Below, one piece after another: positions 1-13,141 of a stretch of 64,000 nt of DNA. The first letter of the stretch is position 1, and every line of letters starts with the position of its first letter. A program made the position numbers and the translations under genes. The DNA is from Paraspadella gotoi (lineage: Eukaryota; Animalia; Chaetognatha). Below the pieces are notes generated by a model. It saw nothing but the letters and a program-made list of their open reading frames with translations, made no database searches and was not told where the DNA came from. The stretch is from contig CM119263.1 in NCBI GenBank assembly GCA_051294375.1, positions 19,330,625 to 19,394,624 of the forward strand. The letters run 5' to 3'.

Positions 1-154
1 AATCTCTCCTCTTCTTCCTCCTATCTCTCTCCTCCTCCTCCTCTTCTCGAACCTCCTCTTCTTCCTCCTCCTCCGCGTCGGACAGGTATGCCCGACTCTC
101 TTTCTCTCTCTCGCTCTCTGTTCTCTTTTGAGCTCTCTCTCTCTCTACTCTCTC

Positions 155-234
<80 letters not shown>

Positions 235-245
235 ATCTTTCTCTC
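1..245. repeat. (CT)n/polypyrimidine microsatellite
   Basis: Direct CT dinucleotide runs; similar tracts at about 4532-4630, 6741-6935, 7207-7311, 54259-54290, 54439-54469 and 56199-56300. The RE/SL-repeat ORFs here are translations of the repeat. Confidence 0.95.
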
Positions 246-3200
246 GCCGCTGGGTCCGAACTGACTTTTTTTTTAATTCTCGTCTGCAGCGATTTTCCCT
301 GTTTCGATCCACGAGTTTTCATCCACAGCCATTCGACTGTCGACGCTTCAAAAACCGGGAAACAGCGCCGCGATCTGTTTTGTTTGTTTTTCCAAAATAA
401 AAACAACCCATCAAAACCGGAATGTCTCGCTTATACTTTTTTTTTAAATAAAAAAAATCTTATCAACAAATTTAAATTTTATTATGTGATTTATAATTTA
501 AATTTTGTCGATCGACGAGGGTGGATTAATCCATTAATAGGGCGCCGCGAAATTTTAGATAATAGCACCGATTAGAAAAGAGCCTCTTCAAAAAAAGTCG
601 ACATCTTTCAACACTCGGGGATTAAAAAACATGGAGCGAATCATCAACGATTTCGTCTCCTTTTTGACATTTTGTCAGTTTTAGTCATTTTCGTCTCCGG
701 ATCAGCGAAGGACGATGATCTTTCCGACGCCCCGGTCGCCGGTCGCCACTCCCCCCGGGGGTGAAGCTGCCCCCTGCCCCCCTTTGCTCGGTCGGGGCGA
801 TGGCAACGGTTATCGTAAAACGGAGAGAACAATTTTTTAAAAAATCGTCTTCGTCGTCGTCGTCATCTTTTCCTCTCGCTTCCTCTCTTTTTATGTTTAA
901 AACCAAAATCGAAAAAAAAACTATGGTCTTTGTCATCATTCTGACATCGTGTCATTTTCCTGTCATCATCCAGGCTTTTCGTTCGCGTCATGTCGTCGGA
1001 ACACAAATCATCGCGACGTAAATATCCGCCCCAAAATTTTGGGGACTTTTGACGACGATGACGACGACGATGAAATGAATGACGACGACAGAGATGAATT
1101 TGCCGTTGATTCAACATTTCAATGGCTCAACGAATCAACAGTGGGCTTCAACGCAACTCGGGGATACTAGTTTTATTATTAAAACGAATAAGAAATAAAT
1201 ATTGTAAAAAACGAGTAAAAAACCAGTAAAAAACGCGGGCTCTGCAAAGACAATAAAAAAAATGCTGAAACCGAGGAATCGTAACGACGAGATCAACAAA
1301 CAAAAAAAAAACATTTAAAAAAATAAATAAATAAAGAGAGAATAAAAACCCGATATCCAAATTCCTCAGCCGTCAGCGCAAACAGCGAAAGAGTCAGCGA
1401 CACCCCCCCCTCTCTCCCTCCACCATCGCGGGGTTGACCTCGCCGGCATTTCCTGTCTCCAAATCGCGGATCGAAACTCGACCGATTGATCGATGCCGAT
1501 TCACTTTTGTTCGCCCAAAAGGTCGGAGGTCACGATCGTTGACCGAAACGATTGTGAACGGCCGCGTTGTAGTCGTCGTCGTCGTCGTCGTCGTCGTAGT
1601 TTGTTTGTTGTTGTTGTTGTTGTTGATCTCGATTCGGAGCTCGTAAAGATCTCGTGGCCAGACCCTGAGTCGTAAAAGGTACGGGGGTGCGGAGTAGGAG
1701 GAAGAGGAAGAGGAGGAGGAAATGAGAGAATGAGGGGTAAGAAAAGATGAATAACAAAGAAAGAGAAAGACTAAATTGCGTCGTAAAATATGTTAACCAT
1801 TGTAAAAAATGTAAAATTGTGTTATTATCTTCTTTTTTACAGACATTAAATCCTAATATAATTAAACAAATTTTAGTCTAATTAATTCTCCTATTACACG
1901 CTATTTTGTATATTTAAAATATATACTAAACTCAAGTGAGACTTCACAGAGTCTCTGAAACAGAAATTACAAAATAAAAATATAACAATAAGATTTATAA
2001 ATTATGGTTAAAAAAAAACCTCGTTTCTTTAATTCGATCTGAATTCGGAATTAATTAAAAGAGACGTTCAATTGACTCACTTCCGTCCATATATTTTGTC
2101 CTCTAGTCCTGAACCCTTGACCGGGTTCACGACTCCCCTCGGCACGCGTTCGCTCCTTTTATTAGCTCCTACTCTTCATCACTCCTCTCCTTTTTCTTTC
2201 CCGACGGAGTCAAGTTTTGAGTTCAACCCCTAATCGTAACCTCCCCCCCTCTTGAGCTTCCGACCCTTGGGAAAGCGGTGAGCGAGGCCAAGGAAAGAGA
2301 AGGGGAGCGGGGGACAGAGGGGGCGTGGCGATCGCGGGTGGGGGTTCGTGTCGGGTCTTTTTCGACGAATCGATCGATGCAGACGATCGAACGAAATCGG
2401 AGACGATCCTCGGATCCCTTCGTTTCGCGGTCAGAATAACGACAACGACAACAATAACCTTTTTGGAGTTTAAAACGGCCGTGGATTTTCGTCCGCCGCT
2501 CCTCCCCCCCTCCCTGCCCCCTCTAAACTGGGGACGACGACGGAGTGAGCTCTCGTTAAATATCCATCCTTCTCAATCCCAGGACCTTTTTTTTTGGGGG
2601 GGGGTAGTTCAAGGATTACGAGGATAAGAAACTGGATCGCCCAAATCGTATTAACCGCTTATTATGAAAGAGAAACAAACATCCTTTTAATAATCGCCCA
2701 TCATCGTTTTACGAGAAAAGATTTAACCGAAGCCTATTTTTACGGCTCGGGCGACGACGACGACAATGGCGACGATGCGATTGATCTCAGGAAACGGGTG
2801 ATCATCCTTTGAAACAATACCCGCGAAAAAAAAGGAAATAATTAAAGAAAGAAAATAAGGGAAAGAGAAAGAAAGAAAGGAAAGCGGCCGTGAAAATAAT
2901 CGAGAAATCCCGTGCGGATTCTTGAGGACCTCGTGCCGGGACCGAGGACTGAAAAGGGGAACGGTTGGGGATGTAGGAGCTTAGTAGAGTGGAGGAGTGA
3001 GGTGGAGGAGTTGGGGGAGCACTGCGGACAGAGGAGTTGGGGGAGCAGTGTGGACCGAGGAGATTTCTTTCTCAACTCGGAATCTTCTCTTTCGGTTTCG
3101 GGACGAAAAAGAACATTTTTTTTCGTGTCTCACAAACCTTTTTGCCAATTTTTTTTTCTTTCTAAAAAAAAAAGAAAAAATACGACAGAAGAAAAGCTCG

Positions 3201-4539
3201 GGAAAAAAAACGAAAAGACCAAAAAGAAAACAAATTATTGAAAGGCGAAAAGAAGAGAAAAATATCCAAACTCGTTTTCTTTCTTTTTCTCTTTGGATCA
3301 TTTCTTTTTTTTTTCTTTTAAACTCACGCGACTTTTGAAATCGAAAATAATGAGAGGGAGAAAAAAAAGTTACGTGGGGCAAAAACAATAGCGACTGAAT
3401 GGAGAGACATCGTTTCCTCTGTAATCGAAACGGGGGGTCCCTTTGGACTTTTGCCTTTTCACTCATTTTTTTATCCCCTTTTTTTATCCGTTTTAAAATT
3501 TCTTGAGCTTCATGCTTTCGATGCCGTCACGATTTTGAGTAAAGATTACACATTTTTTTTCAGTAAACGGGTTTTCTGACTAATTTCTATGGATTTCCTG
3601 ACTAAAACAAAGTTGATGGAACTTTTGGCTTTCCACGAATGATAAATGGCGCCGAGGAATCTTGCGAGAATTCGATGCCACCCATGAGATTTCAAAGAAA
3701 ACCTATGGGAATTAATGGAAACCAATGAAACAACTGAAGCCGTTGGAGATGAGACGATTTTGAGTAGATTTTTGGTAGAACAACTAGAAATTTTGTAATC
3801 AAGATTTTTGAATTAAGACCTTGCAGAGTTTTTTATAAAATTCATTTATTTGGTCTTTTCTTGCCATGAGTAAATTAATTATTTAATTTGATTCTTTATG
3901 TTGAAAGTGAGGAACTATTACAGCTTTTTTAAAGAAATTCAGTTTTTAAAAATCCAAAAGCCAAGTATTTTAAAAAGTTTTTTTTTAAACTCCTCGTATT
4001 CTCACGAGCAGATTGAGCGAAGAATATTTTCGGTTAAAGTCGTGAATTATAATGAAAAGAAAGCATAACTTTACACGGATCTATCCCGTTAGCTAATTTA
4101 CTTGAAATAACAAGCGATTTAATAATTAAACCAAAATATTTTCATTTCGATGACTCATATTGACAGAGCTCTCGATTTACGATTTTCCATTTTCAATTTC
4201 GCTTTCTGCTTGTCGATTTTATTTTTATTTCACTTTTAACTTCAGCTCTTTGATTATAACCTCTTGTTTAAGCTTTCTAATTTAAGCTTTAGCTTCCTAC
4301 TTCAGCCTTCGATTTCTGACTTCGATTTTAGCATTAGATTTTAGCCTTTCGATTTCCGCTTCCGATCTCAGCCGGCGAATGCTCTTTCCGCTCCTCGTTC
4401 CGCTTCTGATTCTATTTCTTCGGCTCATTTGATTTCTTTATTCCCAATTTTTTTCTATTTAATCCCTACTGTCAGCCTCACTCTTCTATCTTCGTTCTCT
4501 GTTTCTGTTTTCATTTCTCGGCCACCGTAACCCTCTCTC

Positions 4540-4633
<94 letters not shown>

Positions 4634-6736
4634 GTTTTTGCTCTTTGTCTGTTCTTCCATAAACAAATTATTTTAAATCGTTTCTCTCTTATCTTTGCCG
4701 CCATCGCTGTTGATTTTGGACTTTCGATGAGCATAGATCCCGGTCTTCGTCGTCGTCGTCGTCGTCGTCGTCTTGGTCGGCGTCGTCAGGTGTCATATCA
4801 AGATTTTATTGTCGATATTCGTGTTGTTGTTGTTCTTCATTGTTCCTCGTTCGGCTTCCGTCTCAGCGGTCGGGACTCGGGAGAGCGAGAGCCTTTTGAG
4901 TTTTGAGGCTCACGGATTTGGGAGGCGAGAGGGTTCAAAGGTGAACCGCTAAACAATTCGTTCAGCGAACGAAAATTTCGTATGAACAGTTCGACTTAAA
5001 AATATTGTGCACTACTGCTGATTTGATAGCAAGGTGCAACGTATCGTCCAAGATACTTTAAAAAATCTTTTCCCGTTAGGACACACTATAGTCTATACCA
5101 TCTTTTTCGAAATTTAAAAAAAAATATATTATTTCCATTTTTTTACTCAATGTTGATTTAAGGTTTACATTTCATAACGTTCACCAAAGGAATCAATTGG
5201 TCCTTTGCTATTTATTTTATCGGAATAAATTTGTTGTAATTTCTCAAGCTCCAGTATTTTATATTACACATATACGTGAACAGAGAGACTCTTACCGGCT
5301 TCGGGTGACCAAAGTGAAAATCTAAATTCTAATGGATTTTTCCCATCAACGTAAAAAGAAGGCATCGTGCTGCTATTCCTATAGATAAATAATTCAATTA
5401 CGCTTGAATTGAAAATTAGATTCAAAGAAACGAACGAGCGAGAAAAAAAGGTAAATCTTTCGGCGACGCCTCAATAATAAAGTTGGAAAAATGTAGACAG
5501 GACAAGCATCCTCCATGTCCCGTTTTCTTCAACTCCCACCTACCCTCCATCCACTAATCGACGACAGTCATTCGCTAAGACCAGTTCCCATACACGTTTT
5601 TTCTTTCCCTTTCTCTCTCTATCTCTTTTTCCATTTCCATCCACTTGAGACTCAAGAGTCCGGGGTTCGATTCCCAGCCTCCTCGACTCGACTCGCTGAA
5701 TCTCGTCAAAATGAATCGATTCATCAGATTTTTGATTTCTCTGAATTAGAAAAGAAAAAAAAACCTTTTGTTTCGCTTCGAATTTTTTCGGTTCTGATTT
5801 GAATTTCTTTCCGAATCGTCGCGTTTCCTTGTCTCTCCTTGTTTGTCTTCGTCTTGTCTCTGTCTTGTTTCCGCCTTGTCCTTATCTCTTTTCGCGCGAC
5901 GACTGCTTCTCAATTCATTGAGTTAATTCTTTGATCGATTGTTCTCTTTACTTTCGCAACTTCGGCTTCGATTTGTAGATTTATTGCAAAGTTTATTGTA
6001 CAATGGTCTTTCGTTTCGGAGATCAATTATCTTACATTAACTCCGTTCTGTGAACTCAGCAATTGTAGGATTTATGATTGTACAAAGAACGTAATCAAAT
6101 TAGTTGGTAAGATCGATTTTAAATTTGTGTTTGTTTTTAGTTAAGCGATATAAAAATTTAACAACTAGACAATATAATAAACGCATTAAAATACTTACAA
6201 GAAGTTTAAATAAATATACGTAAAAATACGAACGTCATTTGATTGCTTACCTCACGAGACAAATCCAAGAGATTCTGACGCCAGAAGAATCGAACCTGTT
6301 CAAATAGTTACCCCAGCAAAGAAAAAAGAACAAAAAAAAAAAAACAAAAACAAAAACAAAAAAAAGGAAAGAAAAAGTAAACATTCGAATTAAAGTTCTT
6401 AATCGCGTTAAGTCGCTTCGTTTCTCGATCTTTTCTTTCATTTTTATTCATTTCAATTATTTGAATTAATTTAATGGTCTTTCGGTCTCGTTTTATTTTA
6501 AGCTCCTCTTTCGGCGTCGCGAGTTTATTCGTTTGTTCGTTTGTTCGTTTGTTCGTTTGTTTTTTTGTCAATTTCACCTCGCGTTTTCTTCTGAGGTAGA
6601 GACTGGGATTTTCATTTCTTTTTCGGCTCATCGTTCTCTAATCTTTATATTTTTTGAAATGGCGACTTTTTTGTTTCTTGACGCAAACAATTCTTAAACC
6701 AAAAATACTTTGATCCTTGAATTACGAATTTTGATT

Positions 6737-6819
<83 letters not shown>

Positions 6820-6850
6820 CACCTAGTTTTTTTCGCGCTTATGATTTTCA

Positions 6851-6936
<86 letters not shown>

Positions 6937-7204
6937 GCCACACCTAGTTTTTTTCGCGCTTATGAAAATCCTTTTAATTTTCGGTTTTTAATCTCGGACC
7001 CCAAATTAATAGATTTTCCTCAACATTGACACGTTTTCTCGCCCATCGACCTTTTCGTCGTCATCATCGTGGTCGTCGTCGTCTTCATCGTCGACTTTCT
7101 CATCGTTATTGTTGTCGTCGTCGTCGTCGTCGTCGTCGTTTTCGTGTCGCGCTTATGAGCCGACGAATTTCAACACTCATCATCCTGAGAAAATAAAGAT
7201 TTCG

Positions 7205-7318
<114 letters not shown>

Positions 7319-7756
7319 AATTGGAAAACATTTTTCCTTCTGCGTTTCTATTTCTAATCAAACGCAATATTTCTTTGTCTCAGATTTCAAACTCGACGAA
7401 TTACAACAATATGCGCCTTCAACGTTGCGGAACCGACAAGAAAACAGATGAAGTGATTATCACAAACTGTCGTGAATGAAAGACGACGAAGACGAAAAAC
7501 GAAATCGGATTCAATCCAAAAAAAAATTATATCTTCATGGTCTGTGATTCGAAGACTCATCATTCCGTGATTCCAAAAGGCATCGCGCTTCACCGATCAA
7601 TTTCTTCTCCGTTCACCGACTCCGTTTCGTGATTCCCGTGATCAAAATCTTCGATTTTCGCCGATGTTGTGATTCTCGGAATTTCCCACCCGAAACTAGA
7701 CTCCTTTACTCATCAGCCCCTACCCCGCCGCTGCATCTCCTCCCGCGCCGTCGCTG

Positions 7757-10700
7757 ATGGAAAACGAGTCGGTCCGGTCGGACCGGACCGATAGGTCGGA
7801 CCGTAATAGACACAGGGGATACGGACAAAGCGGGCAGACCGGGCACGAGCGGAGTCATAATCGCCACAACCGGTCGTCGGGCGAACATCATTACGGAAAT
7901 CATCGGAGCAGCGGCGATAGCAGAGATGGACATCACAGGTTGGTCAATGGTCAATGGTCACTGGGTTCTGGGCAATGTTAGGATTATTACTAATAATATG
8001 AGGCCTCTTTTAGGATATATATTAGGATTATTCAATTTATGGCTTCATGTTTTTACTTTGTAAACTTTGTAAACTTAACTATTTTAACTTTTTATCGATT
8101 AAACTAAATTACAGAAAAATAAAGTTTAGCCGTATTTAAAGAGAGGGAACTTAATGTCAACGGTTGTTTTGCGAAATCAATTCCCGACAATTTACGATTT
8201 TCGGAATAAGTAATTGCGTGAGTCATTGCGTTGCAACATGCTCTCTGAATAACTTCGTGAGAATATTGGATTGTGCATTTGTTGATTCGCAGAAAAAAAA
8301 AGCGCGTTGCGTGGATGACTATTACCGCTCCCTTGCGTGAATCGTATTCAGCGAAGATAGGAAAAACAAATGATAAACCATTTTACCTTTCCGCTGACAG
8401 ACGACATCAGCGCCGTTCTCGTTCGGGTGACGCCCCATCTCGACAGCGAGACGAACGATCCGTGACCATCAACGCTCCCAGCGGCGACGAAGGTGACCTT
8501 TCGGACGAAAGACTCGACGATGGCATTCAAGTCCAGATTCTGCCGCAAGAGGATCGGTGGGACACCGCCACTGCCATTACTGATGCCACGACTGCCTATA
8601 CGGGTAGGAAATAATAATTATATAATTATATAATATTAATAAACGAAAATAACCATTAATATTTCGTTGGCCTTAAACCCAAATTCGCACAAAATTAAAA
8701 TATCGTAACAATTTAGATATATATGTAATTTTGTTTTTTTTATTATTATCCTCGCTCCAGGCTACAGTTTGGAGGATCTGTCCAAAATTGAAAAACCCGA
8801 CCACCTCATCGGCTCCGAATGCGGCCGGTGGGTGGCGCCCACCTTTACCGCGATTCTGTCGATGCTTAGCTTCGTTTCGCCCATTCTCATGGTAAGGAAT
8901 CCACTGCACGCATGAAAAGAAAGAAAGAGAAGAGAAAGAAAAGAGACATAATCAATTAGTCACTCATAATTAGTTAAATATACGAATATATATCGATTAA
9001 ACTTTTTTTTCTATTTACTAGAGAAGGTTTGTACAACGAATTAATTCTCCTTCAGGTCCTCATCCCCAAACTGCCCGTGATCCCCGGGGCCTTCAACACG
9101 ACAGCCCCGGCGATGCAGTGCCTCCCCGAGTGCGAGGGCCTCCTCATTTCCCTCGCCTTCAAACTCTTCTTCCTCCTCATCGGATCTTGGGCCGTCTTCT
9201 ACAAGATCCCCAAGTCGACCCTTCCGAGAATATTCATGTTCAGGTACGAATGAAAAAGAATGACGTAACTAAAATAAATAAATACATATTCAATAATTCT
9301 AAATATTCCTTTTTCAGAGCCTTGATTTTATTCCTCGTCTTCGTACTCACCTTCAGCTTTTGGCTTTTTTACGGAGTCAGAATAATCCAAAAGAAATACA
9401 ATCACTACTACAATATCGTCTCATTCGCAGGTGAGGCTGCAATTATATTTAAAAAAAAATTGATTGCGTCATGCAATCATCTGATTCTGACTTGGCATTT
9501 TTCTGAGCCCGTACTGAAAAGAATTCCAGGGTGACAATGTTTATTTAATATATATTCGCAGAGGGGCCGTGTTTAAAAAACAATTTTTTTAAGCAATAAA
9601 TATAAACTTGACACCAGGAATTTAATGTACTTCTTGACAATTTACGTTTAACTCTTCCACGTCGTTGAAATCAATTGAGCACGTGGACGGGCGCCTCGAA
9701 ACATATGAGGTTCTTGCCGCCGGTAGTGACTGCCCACTTGATCACGGTCTGCACCGGCGGAGTGTAATCCGGGATCGTCAGATCCATGCTGTACTCCGTG
9801 ACTTCACCGGCTTTCACCGGGCACACGAGACCGCCGCCCTCGCAAGCTTTGGGGTGGGGGGGATTCCAGGGCACCCAAACGGGACCTTCGATGGGGAAAC
9901 GGGGCGTTTAAAAATCTGGTTGAGCTTCACACCTCGACTTTTAACTCNNNNNNNNNNNATACTCACCGACTTTAGCACTGATTTCGGTCGTCGCTTCGTT
10001 AATGGGAGAGATGCCTTCGTTGGTTTTCAACGTGACTTTGGCTTTTATGATATCATCTCGTTTAAGCTCGCAGGGTTGAGCAGGATCCGTATTTCGACAG
10101 CCATTCAGATCTGAATGGAATTGAAAAATAAAATTCTCTCTTTATTTTACCCCCAACGGACGGTCGCCGAATCGTCTTCAACATACTTTTTTTTAAAGGA
10201 ATTTCAGTGCAGAACGTGGCCATATTCAATGATATCGGGAAAAGATAAAAAAAAACAAAAAACCTGCTGGCGTCTGACTTACCGACTTGGCTAATGGTTG
10301 ATAAAACCGACCCGCAGTCTTTCCATATCGCTTCCGTTCCCGACAGGACGAAGGCGACCATTCCCGCGAAAACGATAAATTTATTCATCGTTAATTCTGG
10401 TTAATTTATTGCCGAGAATCTTTTCCTTCTAAAATTGCGTCGAAGAATTCTTGAATTCTGATTTTATACCGAAAACTTTGACCTTATCTTGGTGAAAAAC
10501 GCGACCTTTTCCACTTTTTGAGTGACTCTTTGGTAGAAAGGCAGCTGTGATTAATGCAACGAATGGATTTTTGACGATTAATTGGATTAAGATCAACGTT
10601 CGCGAGGTTACGAGAAAAAAAAAAGGGGAAATAATAGTGGCTTCGCAATCCCCTGTATGTTTTAGTCTCAGTTAAATCACGAGATTACTACTCATTCTCC

Positions 10701-12314
10701 CAATTAAGCGATAACCCAAGCATAAATTTAGATTTTTTTTTTTTTGGGTACGAAACCGATTGTTCGATATAATCCTTCAAATAATTTATTTTTAGTTTCG
10801 CTGGTCGATGCTCTTTTGTTCCTCCACTACCTCGCCGTCATTCTTATCGAGATAAGACATCTGACGACAAGATTTATCGTTAAAGTCTCGCGGTCGCCGG
10901 ACGGAGAGACGAGATGCTTTACTTTGGGAGAACTGAGGTGAGGAAGCGAGAGTCGAGGAATACGGGGAAACTTAGTCAATGACTATTGACTATTGACTAA
11001 TAATTAAGGTGAAAGCCAAAACAAGGATGAAAATTAAAGTAAAAGAACATCGTAAAAAAGAGATTAATCTCTTCCCTCTCTTTTTCCAGCATCCAACGAG
11101 CGGCCGTCCATTGTTTGGAACAGTACTACAAGGAGTTCCCGACCTACAACCCGTTCCTGGAGACGATACCCGGATCGAAGTCCTCGCGGGGGGCGGGGCT
11201 CAAGTCGCCCGCCGCCAAGTTCAAGATGTACTCGATCGACGGCGATCAAAAGGCCGACTCGGGCGCCGCCGCCGCCGGCATCATCGCCGCCAACTCGTCG
11301 AGGCGATCAGACAGGGGCGGACACAACGACCGCTTCTACGAGGTTATTTTATTTATTTATTAATTATTGTTATCAGAGTTATCACTTTCATCTAATTTTA
11401 TCTAATCCCTAATTTTCTGCGCCACAATCATCGATTTCTCGCATAACTCGACCTCCTTCCGAATCAGGAACTCGAGTACGAGCGTCGAGTTCGAAAACGC
11501 AAGGCCCGTCTCGTTCTCGCCGCCGAAGAGGCTTTCACTCACATCCGCCGCCTCAACGCCACCCTGGCCACCCCAGCCTCGGGCGCCGCCCTCCCCATGG
11601 ACCCCCACGAGGCGGCGCAGGCCATCTTCCCCTCAATGGCCAGGTCGTTGCAGAAGTTCCTTCGCATCACGAGGCAGCAACCATGGCACACCATGGACTC
11701 TGTCCTGCAGCATCTCGCCACCTGCATCGCCAACGACATGACGCCCAAGGTGAGTTTTTTGAGTGACTGATAAGNNNNNNNNNNGATAAGATTTCCTTCT
11801 TCTTTACGATGCCGCGTAAAGATTTTATTTGTTGAAACGTTTGTTTTCGTTTTCTTTATACTCGTAGTCTTTTACTCGATTACATTCTTTCTTTATTCAA
11901 CGTTCTTTTCTTCCCATCGCTTCAATCCTTCCTCTCTCCTTACGAACCAACCCAGGCTTTCCTCCAAAAGTACCTGAAAGAGACTTCCATTCTCCACCAA
12001 TCGGATCGCGGGATTCGGGCCACAGAGCAGTGGGTGCTTGTGAGCGACCACGTCATCTCTCGCACGGTCGAGGACGAGATGGAGTTTCAGCTCAAACAGT
12101 CCGACGTCTCCCTCTTGTGCCAGGTAAAGAAAAATTGATCGATATCTCTAGTTTAAATAGTTCAAATTATTCGACGGCATTTTATATCATCATCTCCCCG
12201 TGATTTGTTCATTTTAAGGTGAAAAAGATTCCCCACATAAGCATCCTAGAGGAGGTGGTGGACCCGAAGAAGAACCGGTTCGTCCTTCGTCTCAACTCGG
12301 AAACGAGCGTCTGA
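7757..12314 (+). CDS. Vang: Van Gogh/Strabismus planar cell polarity protein, 10 coding exons (approx. 7757-7938, 8401-8603, 8761-8891, 9056-9243, 9318-9430, 10796-10937, 11090-11342, 11468-11749, 11956-12123, 12219-12314)
   Basis: Starts MENESVRSD; contains [85 protein letters not shown] and [23 protein letters not shown]; ends in the PDZ-binding motif [15 protein letters not shown] junctions keep frame. Confidence 0.96.
9671..10388 (-). CDS. NPC2: NPC2/MD-2-related lipid-recognition (ML) secreted protein, 3 exons (10388-10283, about 10110-9968, about 9885-9671), nested in a Vang intron
   Basis: Signal peptide [20 protein letters not shown], then [39 protein letters not shown] and LICFEAPV. 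The Cys spacing is typical of the ML fold. Confidence 0.9.
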
Positions 12315-12606
12315 AAGGATCGAAGGATCGACCGCGATCGTGGAATCCTGAAGGAGAGGATTACTCATCCCAAAACAATCTACAAGGAAAGCTCATCTCA
12401 GTGACGACAAAAACAAACAACAAACTGGAAATCCTTCATAACTCACCTCACCTCACCTCTCGTTCTTGCATCTCCCGCCAAACAGAATCCTCTTCATCCT
12501 CCCTCCCCTTTCATGTCCCCCCCCTCCTCTTTCGCCCATTCAATCCGCACAGTCATTAATTATTAATAATTGATTAGTTCTTCATTCGATCATGAGACTA
12601 AGAGGC

Positions 12607-12620
12607 GTTTCCATGGCGAC
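12607..12620. promoter_or_regulatory. RFX X-box-like palindrome GTTTCCATGGCGAC downstream of the Vang stop
   Basis: Matches the GTNNCCATGGNRAC pattern. No promoter is evident nearby, so function is uncertain. Confidence 0.3.
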
Positions 12621-13141
12621 TCGTTTCTCGTCAAATCCGCTATTTAGGCACTAAAGTCAACATTATAATTCCCGTCATCGTGTAAATACTTAAAATTGTA
12701 TTCGTTGAAAATTTTCAATTTATTCGTCTTTCGTTTCTGTATAAGTTTTTTTGAAATAAATTAACGAATTGTTGCCATATTTATGTGTATTTCATTTTGT
12801 TTTCATTAAAAAAACAAGTCATGGCTCTTTTAAAACTACTACCAAAATCTTTATATTATTAATACAGCGTCAGAGAGAGTGAAAAAGTGGTAAATGGGAG
12901 GTAGGTAAACTTAAATATGCCCCGGTACAACGGCATTAAAAAAATGAAAACAAAATATAAAGGGTAAGTAAATCAAAAATTCGTATACACCAAACGACTA
13001 CCTAACCAGTCAACCTCGATACCAATTCTGAGAGAAGAGTAACAAAAAATGTTTAGTATCGTCAATACATACATTCGTACGATTAAAAAAAAAATAACAG
13101 TTGAAACAAATTTGTAACAAAATTCGCTGGCTAAGACTTCA

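Noticed and set aside
5650-5680. tRNA gene (GGGTTCGATTCCC)
   Set aside because: Only a T-arm/B-box is present, with no acceptor stem or full cloverleaf. At most a SINE remnant.
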